Below, piece by piece: positions 1-7,582 of a DNA stretch of 17,540 nt. The notes beneath the pieces are model-generated. The model searched no databases. It worked only from the letters and a program-made list of their open reading frames with translations, and was not told the origin of the DNA. This stretch comes from a virus (lineage: Duplodnaviria; Heunggongvirae; Uroviricota; Caudoviricetes): the IMG/VR virus record IMGVR_UViG_3300042934_000306. One strand, 5' to 3'. Position numbers and translations under genes: made by a program. The number at the start of each line of letters is the position of its first letter. Position 1 is the stretch's first letter.

Positions 1-612
1 ATGCCGGTGCTTAAACCGTTTATGGACATGGTTAAAAAGTACGGTACGCCATACATCGGCGGCGCGTTCTGTACTGACAGGCTAAAACTCACCCCTTTCA
101 CGAAATATTGCGATGACCATTTTGGGCGAGGGAATTACATCACATGGCTGGGTATTCGTGCGGACGAACCCCGTAGGCTGAAACCGAAACCGGGCGTCCG
201 GTATCTTGCCGAGCTGTCAGATTTTGATAAGTCGGATGTTATCCGGTGGTGGCGAAAACAACCTTTTGATTTGCAAATCCCGGAGCACCTCGGGAACTGT
301 GTTTTTTGCATCAAAAAGTCAACGCAAAAGCTGGGGCTTGCATGTAAAGACGAACCTGGTCTGATGCGAATTTTTAATGAGCTGGTTACAGGCAAACACG
401 TCAGGGATGGTCATCGCAGAACAGGTAAAGACGTTATGTACCGTGGTCACCTGACGCTTGACGGGATTGCCAGAATGTATGCCGACAGCGACTACAGAAA
501 TTTGTATCAGGCGATGGTGCAGGCCAAGCGGTTTGATACTGGTTCGTGTTCCGAATCATGTGAAATCTGGGGTGACCAATTGGAGTTGAGATTCGAAGAG
601 GTAGTGGCATGA
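1..612 (+). CDS. PAPS reductase-like (phosphoadenosine phosphosulfate reductase family) protein, 5'-truncated by window edge
   Basis: ORF open from base 1; GIRADEP segment resembles the G-L-R-R-E-Q-S motif of CysH-type PAPS reductases, plus CxxC; stop TGA 610..612 overlaps next start (ATGA). Family call from memory. Confidence 0.55.
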   Translation: MPVLKPFMDMVKKYGTPYIGGAFCTDRLKLTPFTKYCDDHFGRGNYITWLGIRADEPRRLKPKPGVRYLAELSDFDKSDVIRWWRKQPFDLQIPEHLGNCVFCIKKSTQKLGLACKDEPGLMRIFNELVTGKHVRDGHRRTGKDVMYRGHLTLDGIARMYADSDYRNLYQAMVQAKRFDTGSCSESCEIWGDQLELRFEEVVA

Positions 613-1088
613 CAAACAAAATTGACTATCAAAAGCTTCGTGAAATTGCTGAAAAAACAAAAATTGCTGGTGAAGCGCCTGTAATGCCTTTCGATCAGCG
701 AATTAATGCGCTTAACGATTTTATGAAGCACTTTTCGCCAGATATCGCGTTGGCATTATTGGATGAAGTTAAACGCCTGGAAGACACAAATATCGATGCT
801 ATGTGCCGAATTGCAGAGGTGGAGGCGCGGGAAATAAAACCAGCCAAAGGCGAAGTTCTTGTCGTTGTCTCTGGTTTTACTGGTTGCGGGAAAAGCGCCA
901 TTGCCGGGGAAATAGAAATTGCGATGAAAGCTATTGGCGTGCCGGTTCAATGGACTAATGGCGATGCAGAAAAGCATATGACCGGCGCTGACTGGCTGAC
1001 AGCGATTGAGATGTACAAACCAACTGTGCGCATCGTGGAAGTTAATGTGCCACGCGCCGCTGGCATTCGCATCAAAGAAGGTGAGTAA
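609..1088 (+). CDS. hypothetical phage protein (159 aa), possibly Ead/Ea22-like
   Basis: ATG at 609 overlaps upstream stop; uninterrupted 159-codon ORF; no motif recognised with certainty. Confidence 0.5.
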   Translation: MTNKIDYQKLREIAEKTKIAGEAPVMPFDQRINALNDFMKHFSPDIALALLDEVKRLEDTNIDAMCRIAEVEAREIKPAKGEVLVVVSGFTGCGKSAIAGEIEIAMKAIGVPVQWTNGDAEKHMTGADWLTAIEMYKPTVRIVEVNVPRAAGIRIKEGE

Positions 1089-1264
1089 TGCGTGTGGCAT
1101 GTATCGGCTTGTTACCGTACCCGACTCGTTTTTGGGCTTCTGCGCTAATTGCAAAGCCACATGTCCTGATGGCTGACAACATCATCCCGGCACCAAAGCG
1201 CCGCCATACCGGTATTGCAGCGGCACGACGAGCAGCAAAGAGACGCAGGAGAGCAAAGCGATGA
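1088..1264 (+). CDS. small basic protein (58 aa), Arg/Lys-rich C-terminus
   Basis: ATG at 1088 overlaps upstream TAA (TAATG); translated by hand as MRVACIGLLPYPTRFW...RRAAKRRRRAKR; stop TGA overlaps next ATG at 1261. Not in the supplied track (under 60 aa). Confidence 0.25.
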   Translation: MRVACIGLLPYPTRFWASALIAKPHVLMADNIIPAPKRRHTGIAAARRAAKRRRRAKR

Positions 1265-1437
1265 AAAACCGTAAGGCAAAACGACTTTTTTTACAGCGAC
1301 CTGTGCGTGTGGTGGAGCTGGTTATTAGCAACCATAAGATAGCGGTACTCCATCCATTTGGTCAGGTGGCTTTTGCCGCAAAGCGTAAGCCTACTGCGTC
1401 ACAGAACAGGCGGAAGAAAGGGTACGCAGTAAGATGA
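1261..1437 (+). CDS. small basic protein (58 aa), MKNRKAK N-terminus
   Basis: Hand-translated MKNRKAKRLFLQRPVRVVELVISNHKIAVLHPFGQVAFAAKRKPTASQNRRKKGYAVR; ATGA overlap at both ends; paralogous ends with the 1434..1622 ORF. Confidence 0.3.
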   Translation: MKNRKAKRLFLQRPVRVVELVISNHKIAVLHPFGQVAFAAKRKPTASQNRRKKGYAVR

Positions 1438-1622
1438 AAAACCGTAAAGCAAAGATTCTGTTAGTTCGTAGAAACGCTCCTGGCGTCTGGCAGTGGGTGA
1501 GACTCAGCAACCGACGGATGGGGTTGATGAAATATTACGGGATGATGGATTGTGGTTTTTGCAAAAAGCCCAGCGCGGCGCAAAACCGCTGGAGAAACCA
1601 TTTGCGCACTAAAGGAGAGTGA
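1434..1622 (+). CDS. small basic protein (62 aa), MKNRKAK N-terminus
   Basis: Track ORF MKNRKAKILLVRR...AQNRWRNHLRTKGE; its 3' end carries AAGGAGAG, the SD for the next gene. Confidence 0.35.
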   Translation: MKNRKAKILLVRRNAPGVWQWVRLSNRRMGLMKYYGMMDCGFCKKPSAAQNRWRNHLRTKGE

Positions 1623-1623
1623 T

Positions 1624-1833
1624 ATGGCTATTGCCGCAAGTTACACCATGCATCTCTATTGTGACTGCCGCCAGTGTACGGAAGGTGTATATCCAGTGCC
1701 AGACTTCGGTGAGTATATCGGTACGTCATGGTCTGGTTGTGCAAAAGAGGCCCGTAAAGACGGGTGGCGAATAAGTAAAGACAAAACACGTGCTTTTGCG
1801 CCCGGGCATAAAGTTTTGAGGATTAACAAATGA
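1624..1833 (+). CDS. small Cys-rich protein (69 aa), possible zinc-binding
   Basis: ATG 1624 preceded by AAGGAGAG at 1611..1618; MAIAASYTMHLYCDCRQCTEG...; stop overlaps DUF551 start (ATGA). Confidence 0.5.
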   Translation: MAIAASYTMHLYCDCRQCTEGVYPVPDFGEYIGTSWSGCAKEARKDGWRISKDKTRAFAPGHKVLRINK

Positions 1834-2435
1834 CCACTATTACCAGAGAACAGGCACAGAAAATTATTGAAGCAGCCGATGAGGTTATTAGTGCGCTGGC
1901 CGGAACTAATGAGGATGTTCACCCTGGTAGCGATAACATGCTACGTCTGTGGGATGACCTGAATGACCGTCACGCGCCCCCTGAAGTTGTGCGTGAGTTG
2001 GCACGAATTGTGCTGGCATCGCTGGAAGCAGAGCCTGTAAGCCAAACTTACAACTTGCCAGAATTAATCGAAGGCATGGAAGTTTCCATTGATGTAAGCA
2101 CTTGTGATGCTGATTTAGGTAATCGCTATTTCGGCACCGTCACCGAGGCGTTAGAACTTGATACAGCCAAGAATGGTTACATCCTCCTGGTTCAGGACGC
2201 AGAGCCAAACTTCGATGTAAATGGCAACTCTCCGGTAACTCCGGATGGTTGGATAAGCTGTAGTGAGCGAATGCCCCCTCAAGATGATTGGATTTTAATT
2301 TATTCAAAGCACGGCGAGTATATGGCAGGACAGGTACAAGGGGAATACGTGGAGTTGAGCGACGGCACTTTATCGTGGTTAGGGAACGCCTTGTTCTGGA
2401 TGCCGCTACCAGAACCGCCGCAGGAGGCGAAATGA
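1830..2435 (+). CDS. DUF551-like phage protein
   Basis: C-terminal W-rich segment (DGWISCSERMPPQDDWILIY...) typical of DUF551 proteins in lambdoid early regions; assignment from memory. Confidence 0.65.
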   Translation: MTTITREQAQKIIEAADEVISALAGTNEDVHPGSDNMLRLWDDLNDRHAPPEVVRELARIVLASLEAEPVSQTYNLPELIEGMEVSIDVSTCDADLGNRYFGTVTEALELDTAKNGYILLVQDAEPNFDVNGNSPVTPDGWISCSERMPPQDDWILIYSKHGEYMAGQVQGEYVELSDGTLSWLGNALFWMPLPEPPQEAK

Positions 2436-2692
2436 TGGATGTAAAAGAGAAGGTTTTGCAGGTGATGCGTTCCCGGGCTGCCCTGCAAGATAAAGCTCTC
2501 GGCGGGGAATATCCATTCAGGATGGCAACCTGGAATCTGCGGTTGGCAATGGAGAAGGCATTTCCTGATGAAGAATGGCGTTCGGCAGATTTGCGCAAAA
2601 TTCTTATGGAGCTGGCTAAAGACGGAACAGTATCCAAAGATACCCATGCCAGCCGGATTGGTCAGGCGGTATGGAGACTGGAGGTGAGGTAA
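2432..2692 (+). CDS. hypothetical protein (about 86 aa)
   Basis: ATGATG at 2432/2435 after GGAGG at 2423..2427, overlapping the upstream TGA; the track ORF 2288..2692 start is in-frame but overlaps the upstream gene. Confidence 0.5.
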   Translation: MMDVKEKVLQVMRSRAALQDKALGGEYPFRMATWNLRLAMEKAFPDEEWRSADLRKILMELAKDGTVSKDTHASRIGQAVWRLEVR

Positions 2693-2973
2693 TGGCTAAC
2701 CTGCAACTTGCCGTTAAAGGTGAATACTTCGATGCCATGATTCGCGGGGAGAAAACGGAAGAGTATCGCCTGTGTAATGACTACTGGAATAAGCGCCTCG
2801 TTAACCGTAAGTATTACCGCCTGATTATCACAAAGGGATATCCGAAGCGCAAAGACTTCAGTCGCAGAATTGACGTCCCGTATAACGGATATGAAATAAA
2901 AACAATCACACATCCACACTTCGGTGATAAACCGGTAAAGGTGTTCGCGATAAAAGTGAAGATTAATAGCTAA
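2692..2973 (+). CDS. ASCH-domain-like protein (93 aa)
   Basis: ATG 2692 after GGAGGTGAGG, TAATG overlap with upstream stop; N-terminus MANLQLAVKGEYFDAMIRGEKTEEYR resembles the ASCH/PUA-like signature. Confidence 0.45.
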   Translation: MANLQLAVKGEYFDAMIRGEKTEEYRLCNDYWNKRLVNRKYYRLIITKGYPKRKDFSRRIDVPYNGYEIKTITHPHFGDKPVKVFAIKVKINS

Positions 2974-2996
2974 ATTTCAATTAACACGGAGTAATT

Positions 2997-3290
2997 ATGT
3001 GGCGCGGTAATAATCATGGCGGAAGTCAGATGATACTTACCGAATATACGTTCGACCACAAAACCAATAAATCACGTTCAGTATATTTGCTTCGGCACAA
3101 TAGCCGCGTAAGAAATACCGTTCTGGAGCAAAATCTGACCGTTGAAATGGATAATTTGGGAAACTTCAAGCCAACAATATCGCTTGATGATTTTCCGTGT
3201 GGTTTAAGCGAAAGAGAAGCAATGCTGAAATTAGCAGAATGGTTACAAAGATTGAGCATTGCTATTGAAGATAACTGGATTCAACCATAA
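2997..3290 (+). CDS. hypothetical protein (97 aa)
   Basis: ORF with GGAG five nt upstream of ATG 2997. Confidence 0.45.
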   Translation: MWRGNNHGGSQMILTEYTFDHKTNKSRSVYLLRHNSRVRNTVLEQNLTVEMDNLGNFKPTISLDDFPCGLSEREAMLKLAEWLQRLSIAIEDNWIQP

Positions 3291-3314
3291 TGAAAAACAG
3301 AAAGAAAGATTGCT

Positions 3315-3524
3315 ATGGCAACATTTAGTAAATTCGCAGTAATTATTATTTTATTAATTCCCCTCACTGTTACAGCAGGGGAACAGCAACATTGCACAAA
3401 AGAGAATGAACACCCTTTCATCGTTATTCAATGCGATGACGGAACGGTGACTGTGGTTAATGTAAGAAATGACCGTGTAGCTGTTTGCCGTAAAGGCGAA
3501 CCATGCAAGGAAATAAAACTATGA
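3315..3524 (+). CDS. small secreted or periplasmic protein (69 aa), signal-peptide-like N-terminus, 4 Cys
   Basis: MATFSKFAVIIILLIPLTVTAGEQQ... hydrophobic leader followed by a Cys-containing mature part; stop overlaps next start (ATGA). Confidence 0.5.
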   Translation: MATFSKFAVIIILLIPLTVTAGEQQHCTKENEHPFIVIQCDDGTVTVVNVRNDRVAVCRKGEPCKEIKL

Positions 3525-4270
3525 CAAGAATCACTAAAGAGCGTATTTCAGATATTATTTCCCGTATCGAAATGTATGGTCACGGTGCTGGATACACAGC
3601 AGATGAAGTATTGGAGCTTGCCAAAATAGCTTTAGCGCCTTGCAAGGATGGTAAAGCTATGACACTGATTGACTTGTTAGTGAAGGAATTATCTAAGGGG
3701 CGTGGATGGCCTGATGGAAAAGATTTTTGCCATCTATCCATTACGATGCCAGGTAGTAGTCGCGCTACGGTTCTTTTTGGTACGCGCCATAAAAATTACC
3801 AATCATCAAAGAATTATTCCATTGATGGCATTATTTGCGATATCAGTGACCTTGATCGCAGTGCGTTTACATCGGTTGTCACTCGTGAACAGTATGAAGC
3901 AGCTCGCATAGCGTCTCAGAAAGTTAAGTCTGAAAGTAAGGCTTACAAGTTAGATTTTGAGCAATGGCTGGAACAGCAACGCGGGAAAATCGATGTGGAC
4001 TGCGGTTGTGTGTCTGCGGAAACATTCATGCACTGGTTGCGGGTAGCTTATGAGGCTGGGAACCATCCGGATTTTCCGGATAGTTCCCAACAAGCGCCCA
4101 GGAAAAGCGTAAAAACCACTCTGGAAAGAGGCTATCTTGAGGCCGCATTAAAGATTAAGCCGGGCCATACACTAGGCGTCATTGATGCCATGTTGGTTCA
4201 TGAAATGGCGAAGGCTTTATTGCCGCTGGTGGCTGATAAACATGAGGCGGACCATGCCAACGAAAGCTGA
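3521..4270 (+). CDS. hypothetical phage protein (249 aa)
   Basis: ATG 3521 with AGGA upstream and ATGA coupling to the preceding ORF; the alternative in-frame ATG at 3503 would overlap the previous gene by 22 nt. Confidence 0.6.
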   Translation: MTRITKERISDIISRIEMYGHGAGYTADEVLELAKIALAPCKDGKAMTLIDLLVKELSKGRGWPDGKDFCHLSITMPGSSRATVLFGTRHKNYQSSKNYSIDGIICDISDLDRSAFTSVVTREQYEAARIASQKVKSESKAYKLDFEQWLEQQRGKIDVDCGCVSAETFMHWLRVAYEAGNHPDFPDSSQQAPRKSVKTTLERGYLEAALKIKPGHTLGVIDAMLVHEMAKALLPLVADKHEADHANES

Positions 4271-4538
4271 GTTACAGGCGCGCATAGAGATTCTTGAAAA
4301 AGAGAATGCGAGTCTAAAAGGAATGCTGGCGCGGGCGGAAAGGGAATTATCAGGCAAATTATTGCCAGAAGAGCTGCCACCAGCAGATATACCTGATCGA
4401 GTGTCCTGGTGGATGAAGTATTTCCGTGCACCGTGGGAGGCGTTTTGGTGCTACGACCATCGCAGATGGTGTGATGAGCTTGATAGCAGTTTCCCCTATT
4501 TTGCGGAAGGGAACTCTTGCCCTGAATGTAGGAGTTAA
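4254..4538 (+). CDS. hypothetical coiled-coil protein (94 aa)
   Basis: ATG 4254 after GAGG; the track ORF from 4182 overlaps the upstream gene; heptad-like AELQARIEILEKENASLKGMLARAEREL. Confidence 0.45.
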   Translation: MPTKAELQARIEILEKENASLKGMLARAERELSGKLLPEELPPADIPDRVSWWMKYFRAPWEAFWCYDHRRWCDELDSSFPYFAEGNSCPECRS

Positions 4539-4586
4539 TGATGACCGGCGATAACGCGTTTGCACCAAAGGTGTCTCTTTAATGTA

Positions 4587-4606
4587 TACTGTATAAATGA
4601 ACAGTA
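4587..4606 (+). promoter_or_regulatory. LexA (SOS) box TACTGTATAAATGAACAGTA overlapping a TATAAA -10-like hexamer, 20 bp upstream of humD
   Basis: Exact CTGT-N8-ACAG with the flanking TA..TA of the enterobacterial consensus, read directly from the sequence. Confidence 0.8.
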
Positions 4607-4625
4607 TTATTGAGGTGAAAACGCT

Positions 4626-5015
4626 ATGGGCTTCCCTTCTCCTGCGGCGGACTATGTTGAAAGCAGAATTTCTCTTGATCAGCAACTAATCAGGCATCCA
4701 TCAGCGACATACTTCATGCGGGCGGCAGACAGCCATCACCGTGAGGGAATATTGCAGGGTGCTTTGCTGGTGGTTGATTCTTCGCTTACTCCAGTTGATG
4801 GTTCGCTGCTTGTGTGCGCTATGGAGGGTGAATATCGCATAAAGAGATACCGAAAGTATCCGCGCCAGCACCTGGAGGATTTAAGCACCGGGAAGAAAGA
4901 GGCGTTACCAGTAGATGACGATGGTTACACGGGTAGTAATGCTGTTTTTGGTGTGATCACTCATGTCATCAATGATGCCCGAAGTGGGGAGTTTGATGAT
5001 TGTCCGGTCATTTAA
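4626..5015 (+). CDS. humD: UmuD-prime-like protein (HumD-type), lacks the cleavable N-terminal tail
   Basis: Starts MGFPSPAADYVESRISLDQQLIRHPSATYF, aligning to UmuD from Gly25 (the RecA-mediated cleavage product); GAGGTGA SD; sits immediately upstream of phd-doc as in P1. Confidence 0.8.
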   Translation: MGFPSPAADYVESRISLDQQLIRHPSATYFMRAADSHHREGILQGALLVVDSSLTPVDGSLLVCAMEGEYRIKRYRKYPRQHLEDLSTGKKEALPVDDDGYTGSNAVFGVITHVINDARSGEFDDCPVI

Positions 5016-5056
5016 GCTGCAAAGTGCTGGTGCTTTATGCCTGTGAAGTTTATGAT

Positions 5057-5078
5057 TGTGTACACATAACGAGTACAC
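5057..5078 (+). promoter_or_regulatory. putative Phd/Doc operator: TGTGTACACA palindrome plus GAGTACAC half-repeat just upstream of phd
   Basis: Perfect 10-bp palindrome 5057..5066 and a related 8-mer 5071..5078 ending 10 nt before the phd ATG; matches what I recall of the P1 phd operator. Confidence 0.45.
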
Positions 5079-5087
5079 GAGGTGTTT

Positions 5088-5309
5088 ATGCAGTCCATTA
5101 ACTTCCGTACCGCGCGCGGCAACCTTTCTGAATTGCTCAACAATGTTGAAGCCGGGGAAGAGGTTGAAATCACCCGCAGAGGCCGTGAACCAGCAGTAAT
5201 TGTCAGCAAGGCTACTTTCGAAGCCTACAAAAAGGCGGCGCTGGATGCTGAATTTGCATCCCTGTTTGACACCCTGGACTCCACCAACAAGGAACTGGTT
5301 AACCGATAA
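5088..5309 (+). CDS. phd: Phd antitoxin (prevent-host-death)
   Basis: [73 protein letters not shown] is near-identical to P1 Phd as I remember it; 73 aa; stop overlaps doc ATG. Confidence 0.9.
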
Positions 5310-5689
5310 TGAGGCATATATCACCGGAAGAACTTATTGCGCTTCATGATGCGAATATAAGCCGCTACGGCGGCCTGCCGGGAATGTCAGATCCGGGTAG
5401 GGCAGAGGCCATTATCGGGAGAGTTCAGGCCAGAGTTGCCTACGAAGAGATCACCGACCTTTTCGAAGTCTCCGCAACCTACCTGGTGGCTACTGCGAGA
5501 GGGCATATATTCAATGATGCCAATAAGCGTACCGCGCTAAACAGTGCGCTGCTATTTCTACGCCGTAACGGTATACAGGTATATGATTCTCCCGTGCTGG
5601 TGGAACTTGCGGTGGGGGCTGCAACTGGTGAAATCCCCGTATCTTCAGTAGCGGAAAAACTACGTGAACTATATGGTTCCAATATTTGA
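5309..5689 (+). CDS. doc: Doc toxin (death-on-curing, Fic-fold kinase)
   Basis: [40 protein letters not shown]... matches P1 Doc; includes the [11 protein letters not shown] Fic-like motif; 126 aa. Confidence 0.9.
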
Positions 5690-5692
5690 AAA

Positions 5693-5718
5693 GAAGCCCG
5701 CTCAACCAAGCGGGCTTC
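5693..5718 (-). terminator. intrinsic terminator: perfect 10-bp stem GAAGCCCGCT/AGCGGGCTTC, 6-nt loop, between convergent doc and the minus-strand operon
   Basis: On the minus strand the hairpin is followed directly by TTTTC; it lies 7 nt after the stop of the 5725..6819 gene. Confidence 0.55.
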
Positions 5719-5724
5719 CTACTA

Positions 5725-6819
5725 TCACTCAATGATTTTTTCTGCTGTCAGCCAGCTAATTTCTTGCCTGTCTTTCGGCGGTTTTAGCATGTGGGCGTAT
5801 TCAGCGACATTCCCCCACGGAATTGTTTTTGCCCACTCAACGATAGCATTGTGATCTGCAGTGAAGAGTGGAATGGTGTGCGATTTCAACCACTCTAATG
5901 TTGTAACGCCATGTTTTTTGGCGTGGTGCTGTGCATGATGCTTGGCTATCACTCGTAATGGCATTGTCCATTCACTGCCATCAGGCATTGAAAAACGCAT
6001 TGTTTTCGGCATATCTGATTCAAGAACAGCCTCCCTAATACCAGGGAACTCACCAAGAATCATACGACGGTAGTCATCACTATTTCGCCCGCCATACCTT
6101 TCGGCAAAATGATCAAGATATTCTTGGGTAATAAATGGTGAATCCTCAGCACTCAGCTTAATGGCTTTATAGACACCACTCGGATTATCTTCAGCTAAAG
6201 CACGCCCATGATGAGAATCATAGAAAAATCCTATTTCCTCTGGTGACGGAATTGAAGTGAGCAATATGCGTGAATCACCACTAGTCATGCTTGCCCACAC
6301 AATACTGTATGCCCGATCGCTTATATGTGCGGAATCCACAATAATGAATAACAGATGGTCGGCGTAGTGACCTGCAATGCTATCTTCATAGTTAAGGCGG
6401 TAGTTACAAAAGCACATTCCCCAAAATTCATTGAACATCAGACCGCTATCACCGACCTTAAAATACTCAATGATAAAAGGTTGTTTTTTCAGTAATGCCT
6501 CCCAACATTGCCACACATATGCAACAATTCCTTTTTTGCAAGCATTTGATTTTGGATAAACAATTACTGTCCGGGAATCAGGATACATAATCGTATAAAG
6601 GGTACTAATAACAGCAAGCACTTGCGGTCGTCCGATCCCATGCGGAGTTGTGACAGTAGCTTTTGCATTATTGGGCTGTATAGCTTCAACAATTTGTTGT
6701 TGCTGGTGGCTTAAATCAATATCAAACAATTCTTTTGCTGCCAGAACCCAATTGTCTTTATATTTCTCCACCAGCGACAGCCAGCGCGGATCTTTATAAA
6801 TATTGCTCTTAGTCGCCAT
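5725..6819 (-). CDS. terminase-large-subunit (PacB-like) paralog, ATPase motifs degenerate, nuclease domain absent (365 aa)
   Basis: Start taken at ATG 6819 (MATKSNIYKDPRW...) after AAGGAAGTGG, overlapping the upstream stop. Aligns by eye to the 502-aa PacB-like protein in this window (SHQQQQI, FYDSHH, ESPF-T, GEFP blocks); Walker A is PHGIGRP rather than GHGTGKS, Walker B is IIVDSA rather than LILDEA. Confidence 0.65.
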   Translation of the reverse strand: MATKSNIYKDPRWLSLVEKYKDNWVLAAKELFDIDLSHQQQQIVEAIQPNNAKATVTTPHGIGRPQVLAVISTLYTIMYPDSRTVIVYPKSNACKKGIVAYVWQCWEALLKKQPFIIEYFKVGDSGLMFNEFWGMCFCNYRLNYEDSIAGHYADHLLFIIVDSAHISDRAYSIVWASMTSGDSRILLTSIPSPEEIGFFYDSHHGRALAEDNPSGVYKAIKLSAEDSPFITQEYLDHFAERYGGRNSDDYRRMILGEFPGIREAVLESDMPKTMRFSMPDGSEWTMPLRVIAKHHAQHHAKKHGVTTLEWLKSHTIPLFTADHNAIVEWAKTIPWGNVAEYAHMLKPPKDRQEISWLTAEKIIE

Positions 6820-7576
6820 CTGCCACTTCCTTAACTTCTTCTTTGGCCTGCTCTGCAATCGCCGCACGGCATTTGGCCCTTGCTGTAGCGATTGCTTCAG
6901 CACGCACATCATCAGGAATCGTTGACGTGATATACATATCCAGTTCTTCGGCGCGGAACACTGTTTGGTCCAGATATTCGCGTAGCATCCAGGTAAATTC
7001 GAAATCACACGCGATAATCTCTGCGCTACCCTCTGCACCATTTGGGAAATGAATAAATGCCTGTTTAGCCAAACCGATAACACGACATGCGGTTGCCAAA
7101 ACAGCGACAACCAGGTTTACATTTTCACACGCTACGGGCTGATTAACACCGGAGATTACTCCATTTAACTGTCGGTTATATGGAAGGTAGTTTGAGATGC
7201 GTTCTACGCGCCATGTGCCAGTCAGGCTGCCATTTTTAAAGATAATTGGTGTAACGGATAGCCCAAGCTCGCGTATAAGTCGTTGCGCTATAGCAGGATC
7301 ATTAAACAGGTCTAATGCTACACATTCGAAAGACTGTGCAAGGGCAAACAGTTCTTCCAGAGAGTAGTCTTTGCCCCTGGCGGTGATGTAACGACGAACG
7401 CCGCTGTCTGCATCACTCCATATAGCTACGCCATGCTCTTCATTCAGCTCTTCATTAAAGCCGAGATACGTCATGATAGTGCGTTCAATCGTGTCAAACG
7501 GCAGTGACATGTCGGCGTTAACAGCCACCAGCAGGCCATTACGCAAGCGGTATTGAATTGTTTTGGTGCTTTCCAT
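6809..7576 (-). CDS. hypothetical protein (255 aa), translationally coupled to the terminase paralog
   Basis: GGAG upstream of ATG 7576; its stop TAA sits inside ATGGCGACTAA, the start of the next gene; acidic C-terminal tail; no recognised motif. Confidence 0.55.
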   Translation of the reverse strand: MESTKTIQYRLRNGLLVAVNADMSLPFDTIERTIMTYLGFNEELNEEHGVAIWSDADSGVRRYITARGKDYSLEELFALAQSFECVALDLFNDPAIAQRLIRELGLSVTPIIFKNGSLTGTWRVERISNYLPYNRQLNGVISGVNQPVACENVNLVVAVLATACRVIGLAKQAFIHFPNGAEGSAEIIACDFEFTWMLREYLDQTVFRAEELDMYITSTIPDDVRAEAIATARAKCRAAIAEQAKEEVKEVADGD

Positions 7577-7582
7577 GTCAAA

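Noticed and set aside
135-1160. Several minus-strand ORFs (135..395, 434..619, 507..731, 695..901, 756..1160)
   Set aside because: All are antisense to plus-strand genes with coupled starts, and none has a convincing SD or recognisable motif.
6843-7052. 69-aa plus-strand ORF and other short ORFs antisense to the minus-strand operon (for example 7695..7961, 8273..8476, 8607..8966)
   Set aside because: Embedded antisense in tightly coupled genes; no independent support.
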